Assembly: GCA_046313915.1 (NCBI GenBank)
Contig: JBKBXX010000003.1
Coordinates: forward strand, 2,289 to 66,288
Direction: 5' to 3'
DNA length: 64,000 bases
From: Burkholderiales bacterium
Lineage (GTDB): Bacteria > Pseudomonadota > Gammaproteobacteria > Burkholderiales > SG8-41
A program made the translations under genes and the position numbers. Numbering within the stretch: position 1 is the first letter of the stretch; each line of letters starts with the position of its first letter. The notes beneath the pieces are model-generated. The model was not told the origin of the DNA. It searched no databases and saw only the letters and a list, made by a program, of their open reading frames with translations. This document shows, in pieces, positions 53,001 to 60,866 of the stretch.

Positions 53001-53345
53001 CGCCCACACTACGACCTTGCGGCTTGGCAAGAAACGATGAGATTGGCGCGCGCCACATACGAAATTACTCGCTCATTTCCGAAAGAAGAAATCTATGGTC
53101 TTTCGGCACAAATGCGGCGGGCCGCGGTGTCCGTTCCCAGCAACATTGCCGAGGGTGCCGCGCGAACAGGCCGAAAAGAATTTGCACAGTTTCTTGGCAT
53201 CGCCAAAGGATCATTAAGCGAGCTTGAAACGCAGCTATTATTGGCTGCCGATCTCGGTTACGTTACGCGCGATAATGAAGCGTTTGGTCTTGCCGAACGC
53301 GTGGCAAGATTGCTAACCGGACTTCACAAAAAGGCTTTGAGCTAA
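52995..53345 (+). CDS. four-helix-bundle protein (23S rRNA intervening-sequence protein family)
   Basis: AWQETMRLARATYEITRSFPKEEIYGLSAQMRRAAVSVPSNIAEG...GSLSELETQL is the typical family signature as I recall it. Confidence 0.85.
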   Translation: MGRPHYDLAAWQETMRLARATYEITRSFPKEEIYGLSAQMRRAAVSVPSNIAEGAARTGRKEFAQFLGIAKGSLSELETQLLLAADLGYVTRDNEAFGLAERVARLLTGLHKKALS

Positions 53346-53357
53346 ACGTTAGCCACA

Positions 53358-53389
53358 CTATTTCCCATTCCCCATTTCCCATTCCCCAC
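53358..53389. repeat. heptamer array (right arm, complementary sense)
   Basis: ctatttcccattccccatttcccattcccca. Confidence 0.85.
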
Positions 53390-53394
53390 GGACC

Positions 53395-54273
53395 ATGAAA
53401 GGCATCATCCTCGCAGGCGGCTCCGGCAGCCGTCTTTATCCGGCGACCCAGGTGGTCTCCAAGCAGTTGCTGCCGGTCTACGACAAGCCGATGGTGTACT
53501 ACCCGCTGTCGACGCTGATGCTCGCCGGCATCCGCGACATCCTGCTGATCTCGACCCCCCAGGACACGCCGCGCTTCGAGCGGCTGCTGGGCGACGGCTC
53601 GAGGTGGGGCATCGATCTGTCGTACGCGGTGCAGCCGGCGCCCGAAGGCATCCCCCAGGCCTTCCTCATCGGCGAAGATTTCATCGGCGGCGAATCGTGC
53701 GCGCTGATCCTCGGCGACAACATCTTCTACGGCCACGAACTGTCGGACGACCTGCAAAGCGCCGCGCGCAGACGCGCGGGCGCGACCATTTTCGCCTACC
53801 CGGTGCACGATCCCGAGCGCTACGGCGTGGTCGAGTTCGACCGCGACAACAAGGTCGTGTCGATCGAGGAAAAACCGGCGCGGCCCAGATCGCGCTACGC
53901 CCAGACCGGTTTCGCCGTCTACGACAACCAGGTGATCGACATCGCCCGCAGCCTCAGGCCGTCGAAGCGCGGCGAGCTCGAAATCACCGATGTCAATCTC
54001 GAATACCTGCGGCGCGGGCAACTCGAAGTGGTGGTGATGGGCCGCGGCATCGCCTGGCTCGACACCGGCACGCATGAGGCGCTGCTCGCGGCGTCGATGT
54101 TCATCGAGACCATAGAAAAGCGCCAGGGACTCAAAATCGCCTGCCTCGAGGAAATCGCCTACCGCATGGGCTTCATCAGCGCCGACGAGCTCGAAACCCT
54201 GGTGCACTCCATGAACAGCAACCCCTACGGCAGATATCTGGCCGAAATCCTCGAGGAAGCCCGCAAGCCATGA
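53395..54273 (+). CDS. rfbA: glucose-1-phosphate thymidylyltransferase
   Basis: [16 protein letters not shown]... Confidence 0.95.
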   Translation: MKGIILAGGSGSRLYPATQVVSKQLLPVYDKPMVYYPLSTLMLAGIRDILLISTPQDTPRFERLLGDGSRWGIDLSYAVQPAPEGIPQAFLIGEDFIGGESCALILGDNIFYGHELSDDLQSAARRRAGATIFAYPVHDPERYGVVEFDRDNKVVSIEEKPARPRSRYAQTGFAVYDNQVIDIARSLRPSKRGELEITDVNLEYLRRGQLEVVVMGRGIAWLDTGTHEALLAASMFIETIEKRQGLKIACLEEIAYRMGFISADELETLVHSMNSNPYGRYLAEILEEARKP

Positions 54274-54815
54274 ACATCAGCCGCGCCGCCATTCCCGATG
54301 TGCTGCTGATCGAACCGACGGTGTTCGGCGACGAGCGCGGCTTTTTCTACGAAAGCTACAACGAGCGCGAATTCGCCACCAAGACCGGCATCCGCGCCCA
54401 TTTCGTGCAGGATAACCATTCGCGCTCGGCAAAAAACGTGCTGCGCGGGCTGCACTACCAGATCCGGCAGCCGCAAGGCAAGCTGGTGCGCGTGATCGCC
54501 GGCGAGGTCTACGACGTCGCGGTCGACATCCGCCGCAGCTCGCCGACCTTCGGCCAGTGGACCGGCCACCTGCTGTCGGCAAAAAACCGGCGCATGCTGT
54601 GGGTTCCCGAAGGCTTCGCCCACGGTTTCGTCGTGACCAGCGACTATGCGGAATTTCTTTATAAAACAACAGATTACTGGGCGCCCGAGTTCGAGCGCTG
54701 CATCATCTGGAACGACCCGCAGCTCGATATCGCGTGGCCGCTGCAAGGCGAACCCGTGCTCTCCGCCAAGGACCGGCGCGGCGTGCCGCTCAGCGAAGCG
54801 GAAGTCTTTCCCTGA
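54270..54815 (+). CDS. rfbC: dTDP-4-dehydrorhamnose 3,5-epimerase
   Basis: [11 protein letters not shown]...RGLHYQ... Confidence 0.93.
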   Translation: MNISRAAIPDVLLIEPTVFGDERGFFYESYNEREFATKTGIRAHFVQDNHSRSAKNVLRGLHYQIRQPQGKLVRVIAGEVYDVAVDIRRSSPTFGQWTGHLLSAKNRRMLWVPEGFAHGFVVTSDYAEFLYKTTDYWAPEFERCIIWNDPQLDIAWPLQGEPVLSAKDRRGVPLSEAEVFP

Positions 54816-55717
54816 TGCCCCGCATCCTCCTCACCGGCAAGACGGGCCAGGTCGGCTGGGAACTGCAACGCGCGCTCGCTGCGCTGGGCAGCGTGATCGC
54901 GCTCGACCGCGCGCAGCTCGATCTGGCGAGCCCCGATTCGATCCGCAAAGCGGTACGCGACGCGGCGCCCGACATCATCGTCAATGCCGCCGCGTATACC
55001 GCGGTGGACAAAGCCGAGGCCGAAGCCGGACTCGCGATGCAGGTGAACGCGGTCGCGCCCGGCATCATGGCCGAAGAAGCGCGGCGGCTCGGCGCGCTGC
55101 TGGTGCACTATTCGACCGACTACGTTTTCGACGGCACCAAGGCCGCGCCGTACGTCGAGGAAGACCTCCCCCACCCGCTCAATGCCTATGGCAAATCGAA
55201 GCTCGAAGGCGAACGCGCCATCGCCGCAACGGGCTGCGCGCACCTGATCCTCCGGACGAGCTGGATCTACGCCGGGCGCGGCTCGAATTTCGTGCTGACC
55301 ATCCTCGAGCTCGCGCGGCAGCGGCCCACGCTCGCCGTGGTGGACGACCAGATCGGCTGCCCGACCTGGGCGCGCTTCATCGCCGAAGCCACCGCGGCGC
55401 TGCTCGCCGATCCCGCCCGCGCGCGGGACCGTGGCGGGATCTACCACCTGTCGGCGGCCGGCGCGACTTCGCGTTTCGACTTCGCGAGGAAAATCATCGA
55501 ACTGGCCGCGCAGCTGTCGGGCGAAAAAAACGGCTGGGCGGAAATCCGGCCCACCACCACCGCGCAATATCCGTTGCCCGCGCAAAGACCTCTCAACTGC
55601 TCGACGAGCAAGGACAAGATCATCCGGACCTTCGGCATCCGGATCCCGCAGTGGACGAGCCTGCTGCGCGCCTGCCTCGAATGCCATTACGGCAAGACCG
55701 CCGCAAAACACACCTGA
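54815..55717 (+). CDS. rfbD: dTDP-4-dehydrorhamnose reductase
   Basis: [17 protein letters not shown]...YGKSKLEGE. TGATG overlap with rfbC. Confidence 0.92.
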   Translation: MPRILLTGKTGQVGWELQRALAALGSVIALDRAQLDLASPDSIRKAVRDAAPDIIVNAAAYTAVDKAEAEAGLAMQVNAVAPGIMAEEARRLGALLVHYSTDYVFDGTKAAPYVEEDLPHPLNAYGKSKLEGERAIAATGCAHLILRTSWIYAGRGSNFVLTILELARQRPTLAVVDDQIGCPTWARFIAEATAALLADPARARDRGGIYHLSAAGATSRFDFARKIIELAAQLSGEKNGWAEIRPTTTAQYPLPAQRPLNCSTSKDKIIRTFGIRIPQWTSLLRACLECHYGKTAAKHT

Positions 55718-55760
55718 TGATCTGAGCGTAAAAGAACCCCTTTCTTCCCCACACAAAAGG

Positions 55761-55928
55761 CAGGAGCCAGCTTGCTGGCGATCTGCCTGTTTTTAAAGGG
55801 ATAAAGAGATAAAGGGTCTGACCCCTTTATCGGGGGCAAGCCCCCCTCCCACCCCCAACACCCATAACACAACACACAGCTACTGGTGGGAGCCGGCTTG
55901 CCGGCGATCAGGGGCAAGCCCTTCCCAC
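55761..55928. repeat. mosaic of degenerate REP, palindrome, REP A inverted, heptamers and a B-forward/A-inverted REPIN
   Basis: caggagccagcttgctggcgatc ... ataaagggtctgacccctttatcgggggcaagcccccctcccac ... gtgggagccggcttgccggcgatcaggggcaagcccttcccac. Confidence 0.85.
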
Positions 55929-56035
55929 AGCATTTTCCAAAATGTGCGTTCGCGCCCCGCTCCATGATGGCATGCGCGGCCGGCGTCGGGTAAAGTGGCG
56001 TCGTTTCGGTCACGCACGGGAATCGGGGAGAAGTC

Positions 56036-57652
56036 ATGGCCACCGTCTACGACCTGCAGAACGCGCCGGTCGCCAACGCCAACTGGATCGACGCGCTGCT
56101 CAATTCGTACCCGGCGTGGAACTACATCACGCCGTTTCGCACCACGCTCTACTATACCTTCTCGATCACCTCGGGCACCGAAACCCAGACCTACAGCGTC
56201 TCCCGGCCCAATTTCCAGGCTTTCAACGCGGCGCAGCAGGCCGCCGCACGCGAGATCATGGCGCACGCCGCGGCCGTCACCGGCATCGATTTCGTCGAAA
56301 CCGCCAGCGGCAGCAACGCCGACATCCACTTCGCGAGCTACGACATCTCGGGGCCGACGACCAGCGGCATCGCGTCGAGCTACGGCCCTTACTCCTACAA
56401 CGCGCAAAATGTCGTGACCAGCTACGCGCCCGAGGTCTACATCTATCTCGACAACCGCGAGTTCCTGTCCCTGAACTCCAGCCCGGTCAAAAGCAATCAG
56501 GGCTACGAGGTGCTGCTGCACGAAGTCGGTCACGCGCTGGGACTGAAACACCCTTTCGAAGGCGCGGCGACGCTACCCGCCGGCCTCGACGACAGCTCGC
56601 ACACGGTAATGTCATACACCCACAATAGCAGCACCTCGTACTCGACTTTCCGCGAACTCGATCTCGCCGCGCTCACCTATCTCTACGGCCTGGACGGGCT
56701 CGGCGGCTCGTGGGGCGTGGGCACTTCGGGCTATTACTACCAGGGTACTTCGGGCAACGAGACGTTCACGGCGGGCAGCGGGCGCCACGCATGGGCGGGA
56801 CTGGGCGGCACCGACGTCGTGAACTACCCGGCCGCGGCGAGCGGCGTGATGTTTTCGCGCACCGACGACAGCGCCTGGCTGAGAATCACCGGCAGCGGCT
56901 TCGATGACTGGGTCGCGCCCGACGTCGAGCGCGTCGGTTTCCAGTCGGGGGGAACCGCGCTGCCGGTCGCGATGCTGATTTCCGCGCTGGGCACCGCCGC
57001 GCAGCGCGTCTACGCCGGCACCAGCGCGAGCGACGTGGTGAGCGGCACGGGCGGCGGCGACCTGTTCTACCTCGGCGATGCCGGCAACGACATCTTCGAC
57101 GGCGCGGGCGGCGTGGACACCGCGCTGCTCGACCTCGGCCGCGCCCAGGTCCAGATCGAGCAGTCGGGCGTGGGCTACCGCCTCACCGGCGCCTACGGTT
57201 CCGACACGCTGATCGGCCTCGAGCGGCTGCGCTTCAACGACAAGAAAATCGCGCTCGATTTCGACGGCGCGGCCGGCAACAGCGTCAAACTCATCGGCGC
57301 GATTTTCGGTAAAAACTACGTCGCCGCCGCCAACGACGCCACGAGCGCCGCCTACGTCGGCGCCGGCCTGCAGCTGTTCGACTCGGGCATGACCGTGCAG
57401 CAGGTCGCCGAACTCGCGCTGGGCAGCGGGGTTTTCCCCGGCGGGCGCTCGAACGCCAACGTCGTCACCCAGCTCTACAAGAACGTCACGAACACGCTGC
57501 CGGGGCAGGCTGATCTCGACTATTTCGTGGGCTGGCTCGACAGCGGCCTCTACACCCAGGCCGCGCTCGCCGTATTCGCCGCCGAATCCGACCTCAACAA
57601 GACCAACATCGACTTCGTCGGCCTCGCCCGCTCGGGAATCGAATACGCCTGA
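56036..57652 (+). CDS. serralysin-like (M10) zinc metalloprotease with Ca-binding-like repeats and a DUF4214-like C-terminus
   Basis: LLHEVGHALGLKHPF...SHTVMSY (HEXXHXXGXXH plus Met-turn), GGGDLFYLGDAGNDIFDGAGGVDTA, and C-terminal LDYFVGWLDSG...AALAVFAAES. GGGGAGAAG SD. Confidence 0.75.
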   Translation: MATVYDLQNAPVANANWIDALLNSYPAWNYITPFRTTLYYTFSITSGTETQTYSVSRPNFQAFNAAQQAAAREIMAHAAAVTGIDFVETASGSNADIHFASYDISGPTTSGIASSYGPYSYNAQNVVTSYAPEVYIYLDNREFLSLNSSPVKSNQGYEVLLHEVGHALGLKHPFEGAATLPAGLDDSSHTVMSYTHNSSTSYSTFRELDLAALTYLYGLDGLGGSWGVGTSGYYYQGTSGNETFTAGSGRHAWAGLGGTDVVNYPAAASGVMFSRTDDSAWLRITGSGFDDWVAPDVERVGFQSGGTALPVAMLISALGTAAQRVYAGTSASDVVSGTGGGDLFYLGDAGNDIFDGAGGVDTALLDLGRAQVQIEQSGVGYRLTGAYGSDTLIGLERLRFNDKKIALDFDGAAGNSVKLIGAIFGKNYVAAANDATSAAYVGAGLQLFDSGMTVQQVAELALGSGVFPGGRSNANVVTQLYKNVTNTLPGQADLDYFVGWLDSGLYTQAALAVFAAESDLNKTNIDFVGLARSGIEYA

Positions 57653-57674
57653 AAGCGCGGCTTGCCGCTTTCAA
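57651..57674. terminator. 8-bp hairpin between convergent genes
   Basis: tgaaagcg-cggcttgc-cgctttca overlapping both stop codons. No U-run. Confidence 0.35.
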
Positions 57675-58180
57675 TGCACAAAGCGCGACGACGGCGCCGG
57701 CATCTCCCCTTCCCTGATCGCGAACCACGCCGGCCATGCGTCGCGTGGCCATTCGGCGGCCTCGAACAGCCGGTAAAGTATGCCCAGCCACTGGCGCAGT
57801 TCGGTCTCGTCGAGCATCAGGCGCGCCGCGCCGTCCTGCCCCCACTTGAAAGTCAGCGTGTAGCCGCCGGCGTCGCGCGCGAGATCGATCACGCGCAACA
57901 GCGCCTCGTTTTGCGCCGCGGCGGCATCGACCGGCGGCTCGGGCTTCAACTGCACCTGGGCGGCGGCCTGCTCCCACGCCTGCAGACTCGGCGCCGCCGA
58001 GGCCGCGGCCACCGCTTTCACGCTGGCGTCCAGCCACCCGCCCAGCGCTCCCGCGAGCCGGTTGGCCAGCCTTTGCGTGAGCCACAGCAGCAGCACCCGC
58101 CCCGCGGCGTCCTGCGCGGTGAGCCCGACGCGATCCTGCTCCGGATCGTAGTGCTGGGTGATTTTCTGGATGATGAACAC
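57671..58180 (-). CDS. hypothetical protein (start uncertain; GTG 58180 proposed)
   Basis: The long ORF's first ~49 codons are REP-derived. The remaining ~169 aa have no motif I recognise. Confidence 0.4.
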   Translation of the reverse strand: MFIIQKITQHYDPEQDRVGLTAQDAAGRVLLLWLTQRLANRLAGALGGWLDASVKAVAAASAAPSLQAWEQAAAQVQLKPEPPVDAAAAQNEALLRVIDLARDAGGYTLTFKWGQDGAARLMLDETELRQWLGILYRLFEAAEWPRDAWPAWFAIREGEMPAPSSRFVH

Positions 58181-58202
58181 GGCACCGATTGTAAAGGAAG
58201 GA

Positions 58203-58314
58203 AGAGGGCTGACCCCTATTCCATTTGACCCTGTCTGTGGGAGCCAGCTTTGCTGGCGATCAGGGGCAAAGCCCCTTCCCACAAAGGATCGATCGGGGGC
58301 AAGCCCCCTCCCAC
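58203..58314. repeat. degenerate palindrome, a B-forward/A-inverted REPIN, and an extra A-inverted REP
   Basis: gtgggagccagctttgctggcgatcaggggcaaagccccttcccac aaaggatc gatcgggggcaagccccctcccac. Confidence 0.85.
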
Positions 58315-58333
58315 AGGATTTCCTCATTACTCA

Positions 58334-59875
58334 TCAAGCAACGCCCAGCGCGGCGAGCAGCGGCAGGCGCGCGGCGGCAAAGGCCTGCGCCTCGCTGCGC
58401 AATTGGGCGAGGTTTTCCTCCGCGGTTTCGAGCGTCTTGCCTTCCTTGACGATTTTCTGTCCCTGCGCCGCGAGGATTTCCCACACGAACTGCGCCCACT
58501 GTTCCGGCTGCGGCCGCCCGCTCGCCCGCGCCAGCAGGAACAACTGCTGGAAACGGCCCACCGCCACCGCGCCGCCGGTGACCGGGCTGGCGAGATAGCC
58601 GATGGCGCCGGAATGGCGCGCGCGCTCGAGCAGATGGCGGTTGAGCCGCTGGGTCGCCGGCCGCACTTTTTTCACCACTTCGGCGCTTTGCACCGGATGC
58701 GCGTGGCCCGCGCCGGTCAGCACCGCCAGCGCCTGCGTGAGCTGCCCCAGAGTCAGCGCCTTCAACGCCGGCCGCGCCATCAGTTCTTCCAGCGTCCTGG
58801 GCGCGCCCTGCTGCTCGGCCAGCGCCTCGATCACCGGCCGGTAGACGGTTTCCTGCAGGCTCGCCTCGCCCAGCGCGGCGTTCACTTTGAAGGGGATTTC
58901 GGCCGCCGGCGTGGTCAGCACGAAACCGGTTTCGCGCAACGCGCCCGCCTGCTCGAACGCCGTCAGCCGCCGCAGGCCGCGCAGCCAGAGATCGCGGCGG
59001 AACTGCTGGTTCACGCAGAAATCGCGCACCGTCTCTTTCAGCACCAGATGGCCGGCCTCGGCCACCAGCTTCTGCATCTCGGCGCTCAGGTTGACCGCAT
59101 CGATGTGATCGAGCAGGTGGGCCGAAGCCGCGTAGCTCAGCTTGGCCGCTTCCAGGCATTGCGCGAGTTCGGCGAAATGCATCGGCGTCCAGTCGCGGTT
59201 GAAGTACTCGTGCGCGAGGTAGTTGCGGTTCTGCTCCTTGATCTTCTTCAGCCGTTCGGGCACCGCGGGGTTGGCGCGGCCATAGAGCGGCTGGGCGGCG
59301 AACAGCTTCTCGGCGAAATCGAGCGCGCCGTTGATGCGCCCGACGATGCCCGCGGCGGGATTGCCCGCCAGTTCGGCGTGTTGCGTGAGCAGGTGGCGCA
59401 GCGGCATCGCGGCGGCCCAGCCCGGCAGCGTGTTGTAGCTGATGTAGAGCACGCCGCCGACCTTGAGGTGGCGGCGGATGAAATCGACCACCACGCGCTG
59501 GTTCTCCGCCGAAATCCAGCTCCAGATGCCGTGCAGGCCGATCGCGTCGAATTGCGGCAAATCGGAGCGCGCCGCGAATTCGGCAAAGCTGTCATCGAAC
59601 AACTGCGCGCCGTTTTCGGCATGGTGCGCCAGTTCGCGCGCGAAGCTCGCCTGCGCGGGATTGAAATCGGTGCCCCACCACTTGGCGGCTTGCGCGGCGG
59701 CGTGGACATTCAGCGACAGACCCTGGCCGAAGCCCAGCTCGCACGCGGTGTGCACGGGAGGCGGCTGCACGCCGGCGTAAAGCAGCGCGAAGCGCTGCAG
59801 CACCGGATTCAGTTCGCGGTAATAGCCGTAGGTGTAATCGATGTCGGCGACGTAACCGGAAGTCCAGTCGGACAT
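58334..59875 (-). CDS. class I SAM-dependent methyltransferase with C-terminal 'methyltransferase regulatory domain'
   Basis: MSDWTSGYVADIDYTYGYYRELNP...ACELGFGQGLS...GGVLYISYNTLPGWAA matches my memory of this family's N-terminus. Confidence 0.75.
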   Translation of the reverse strand: MSDWTSGYVADIDYTYGYYRELNPVLQRFALLYAGVQPPPVHTACELGFGQGLSLNVHAAAQAAKWWGTDFNPAQASFARELAHHAENGAQLFDDSFAEFAARSDLPQFDAIGLHGIWSWISAENQRVVVDFIRRHLKVGGVLYISYNTLPGWAAAMPLRHLLTQHAELAGNPAAGIVGRINGALDFAEKLFAAQPLYGRANPAVPERLKKIKEQNRNYLAHEYFNRDWTPMHFAELAQCLEAAKLSYAASAHLLDHIDAVNLSAEMQKLVAEAGHLVLKETVRDFCVNQQFRRDLWLRGLRRLTAFEQAGALRETGFVLTTPAAEIPFKVNAALGEASLQETVYRPVIEALAEQQGAPRTLEELMARPALKALTLGQLTQALAVLTGAGHAHPVQSAEVVKKVRPATQRLNRHLLERARHSGAIGYLASPVTGGAVAVGRFQQLFLLARASGRPQPEQWAQFVWEILAAQGQKIVKEGKTLETAEENLAQLRSEAQAFAAARLPLLAALGVA

Positions 59876-59940
59876 GGCTTGTTCCTCGGAAAGGATAAAC
59901 AGCGCGTATTCTACCCCGGGGTCGGCCTGCCGACGATTAT

Positions 59941-60327
59941 TCAAATGAGCTTCACCAACTCCGAATAAGGCGTCAGCGCAGAATCAGCGGTAATCAGCTG
60001 CGCGGGCATGAGCAGCGCCTGGGCGACAAGCAGCCGGTCAAAGGGATCGCGGTGATGCGGAAACAGATTCGCCACCTTGGCACAATGCGCAGCAGTGATG
60101 GAAAGCTCCATAAAACCCGTCTCCCTGGCGCCTTGCGAGATCTCCTCCGGCGAGTACTTGAAATTGATTTTGCCGATAGCGACTTTGATGGCAATTTCCC
60201 AGATACTTGCGGCGCTGAAATAGACTTCGGTCTCAGGCGCCTCGATTTGATCGATGATTGTTTTGGGCAGGCGCTCCGGCGTATCCAGCGCCCATAACAG
60301 GACGTGGGTATCCAGCAATAGAATCAC
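59941..60327 (-). CDS. vapC: type II toxin, PIN domain (VapC)
   Basis: (GTG)ILLLDTHVLLW...SIWEIAIK...DPFDRLLVAQA. Confidence 0.88.
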   Translation of the reverse strand: MILLLDTHVLLWALDTPERLPKTIIDQIEAPETEVYFSAASIWEIAIKVAIGKINFKYSPEEISQGARETGFMELSITAAHCAKVANLFPHHRDPFDRLLVAQALLMPAQLITADSALTPYSELVKLI

Positions 60328-60564
60328 TTACCCCCCCTCGAACGGAGCGAGGACATCCTCCGATAGCGGCGCATCAAAATCGTCCGGGACGTTGAGCTGT
60401 CCTTTGAACAAACCGAGATGATGCTTCTTCGGCGCGGCCTCCAGGGGCACCAGCCGGGCCATCGGCTTTCCGGCCTTGGCGATAATCACCTCCCGGCCTG
60501 CGGCCACCTCTTCCACCAACCGGGAAAGATGGGTTTTCGCCTCGTGAATATTGACTGTATACAT
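60328..60564 (-). CDS. type II antitoxin (Phd/YefM / prevent-host-death type)
   Basis: MYTVNIHEAKTHLSRLVEEVAAGREVIIAKAGKPMARLVP. The stop abuts the vapC GTG. Confidence 0.85.
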   Translation of the reverse strand: MYTVNIHEAKTHLSRLVEEVAAGREVIIAKAGKPMARLVPLEAAPKKHHLGLFKGQLNVPDDFDAPLSEDVLAPFEGG

Positions 60565-60622
60565 GTTTCGAAACCCCTATTAAACCAAGTCGGACTAAGT
60601 TTAACAGAAAGGGAGCGAAAGT

Positions 60623-60866
60623 ATCAGGGGCAAGCCCCTTCCCACAGAATTTCCCCATAACTCATCACTGGTTCTGGTGGGGGAAGTGTAAAGAAGAATA
60701 GGAAGAATAAAGGGGTCGAAGAATAAAGGGGTCTGACTCCTTTTTTCATTCTGGTGGGGGAGGTGTAAAGAAGAATAAAGGAAGAATAAAGGGGCAAGCC
60801 CCTTCCCACAAAACTTCCCCATCACCCATCACTGGTTCTGGGGTGGGAGCCGGCTTGCCGGCGATC
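60623..60866. repeat. nested repeat block: ~55-bp unit x2, ~42-bp unit x2, palindromes, REPs
   Basis: ggggcaagccccttcccacaRaaYttccccatNacNcatcactggttctgg occurs at 60627 and 60791. ggtgggggaRgtgtaaagaagaata... occurs at 60677 and 60753. The terminal REP B supplies the GT4 stop codon. Confidence 0.85.

Noticed and set aside
51724-53058. 444-aa minus-strand ORF spanning the waaC/rfbB spacer and rfbB
   Set aside because: It is antisense to the near-certain rfbB CDS and crosses repeat DNA.
52995-53345. Four-helix-bundle gene as the Avd accessory protein of a diversity-generating retroelement
   Set aside because: No reverse transcriptase and no template/variable repeat pair is visible in the flanking 10 kb.
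60374-60825. Several 60-95-aa ORFs (WEGACP.., CGKGLAP.., KGVRPLYSS..)
   Set aside because: They are translations of REPs, palindromes and GAAGAATA runs. The same peptide fragments recur wherever the repeats occur.
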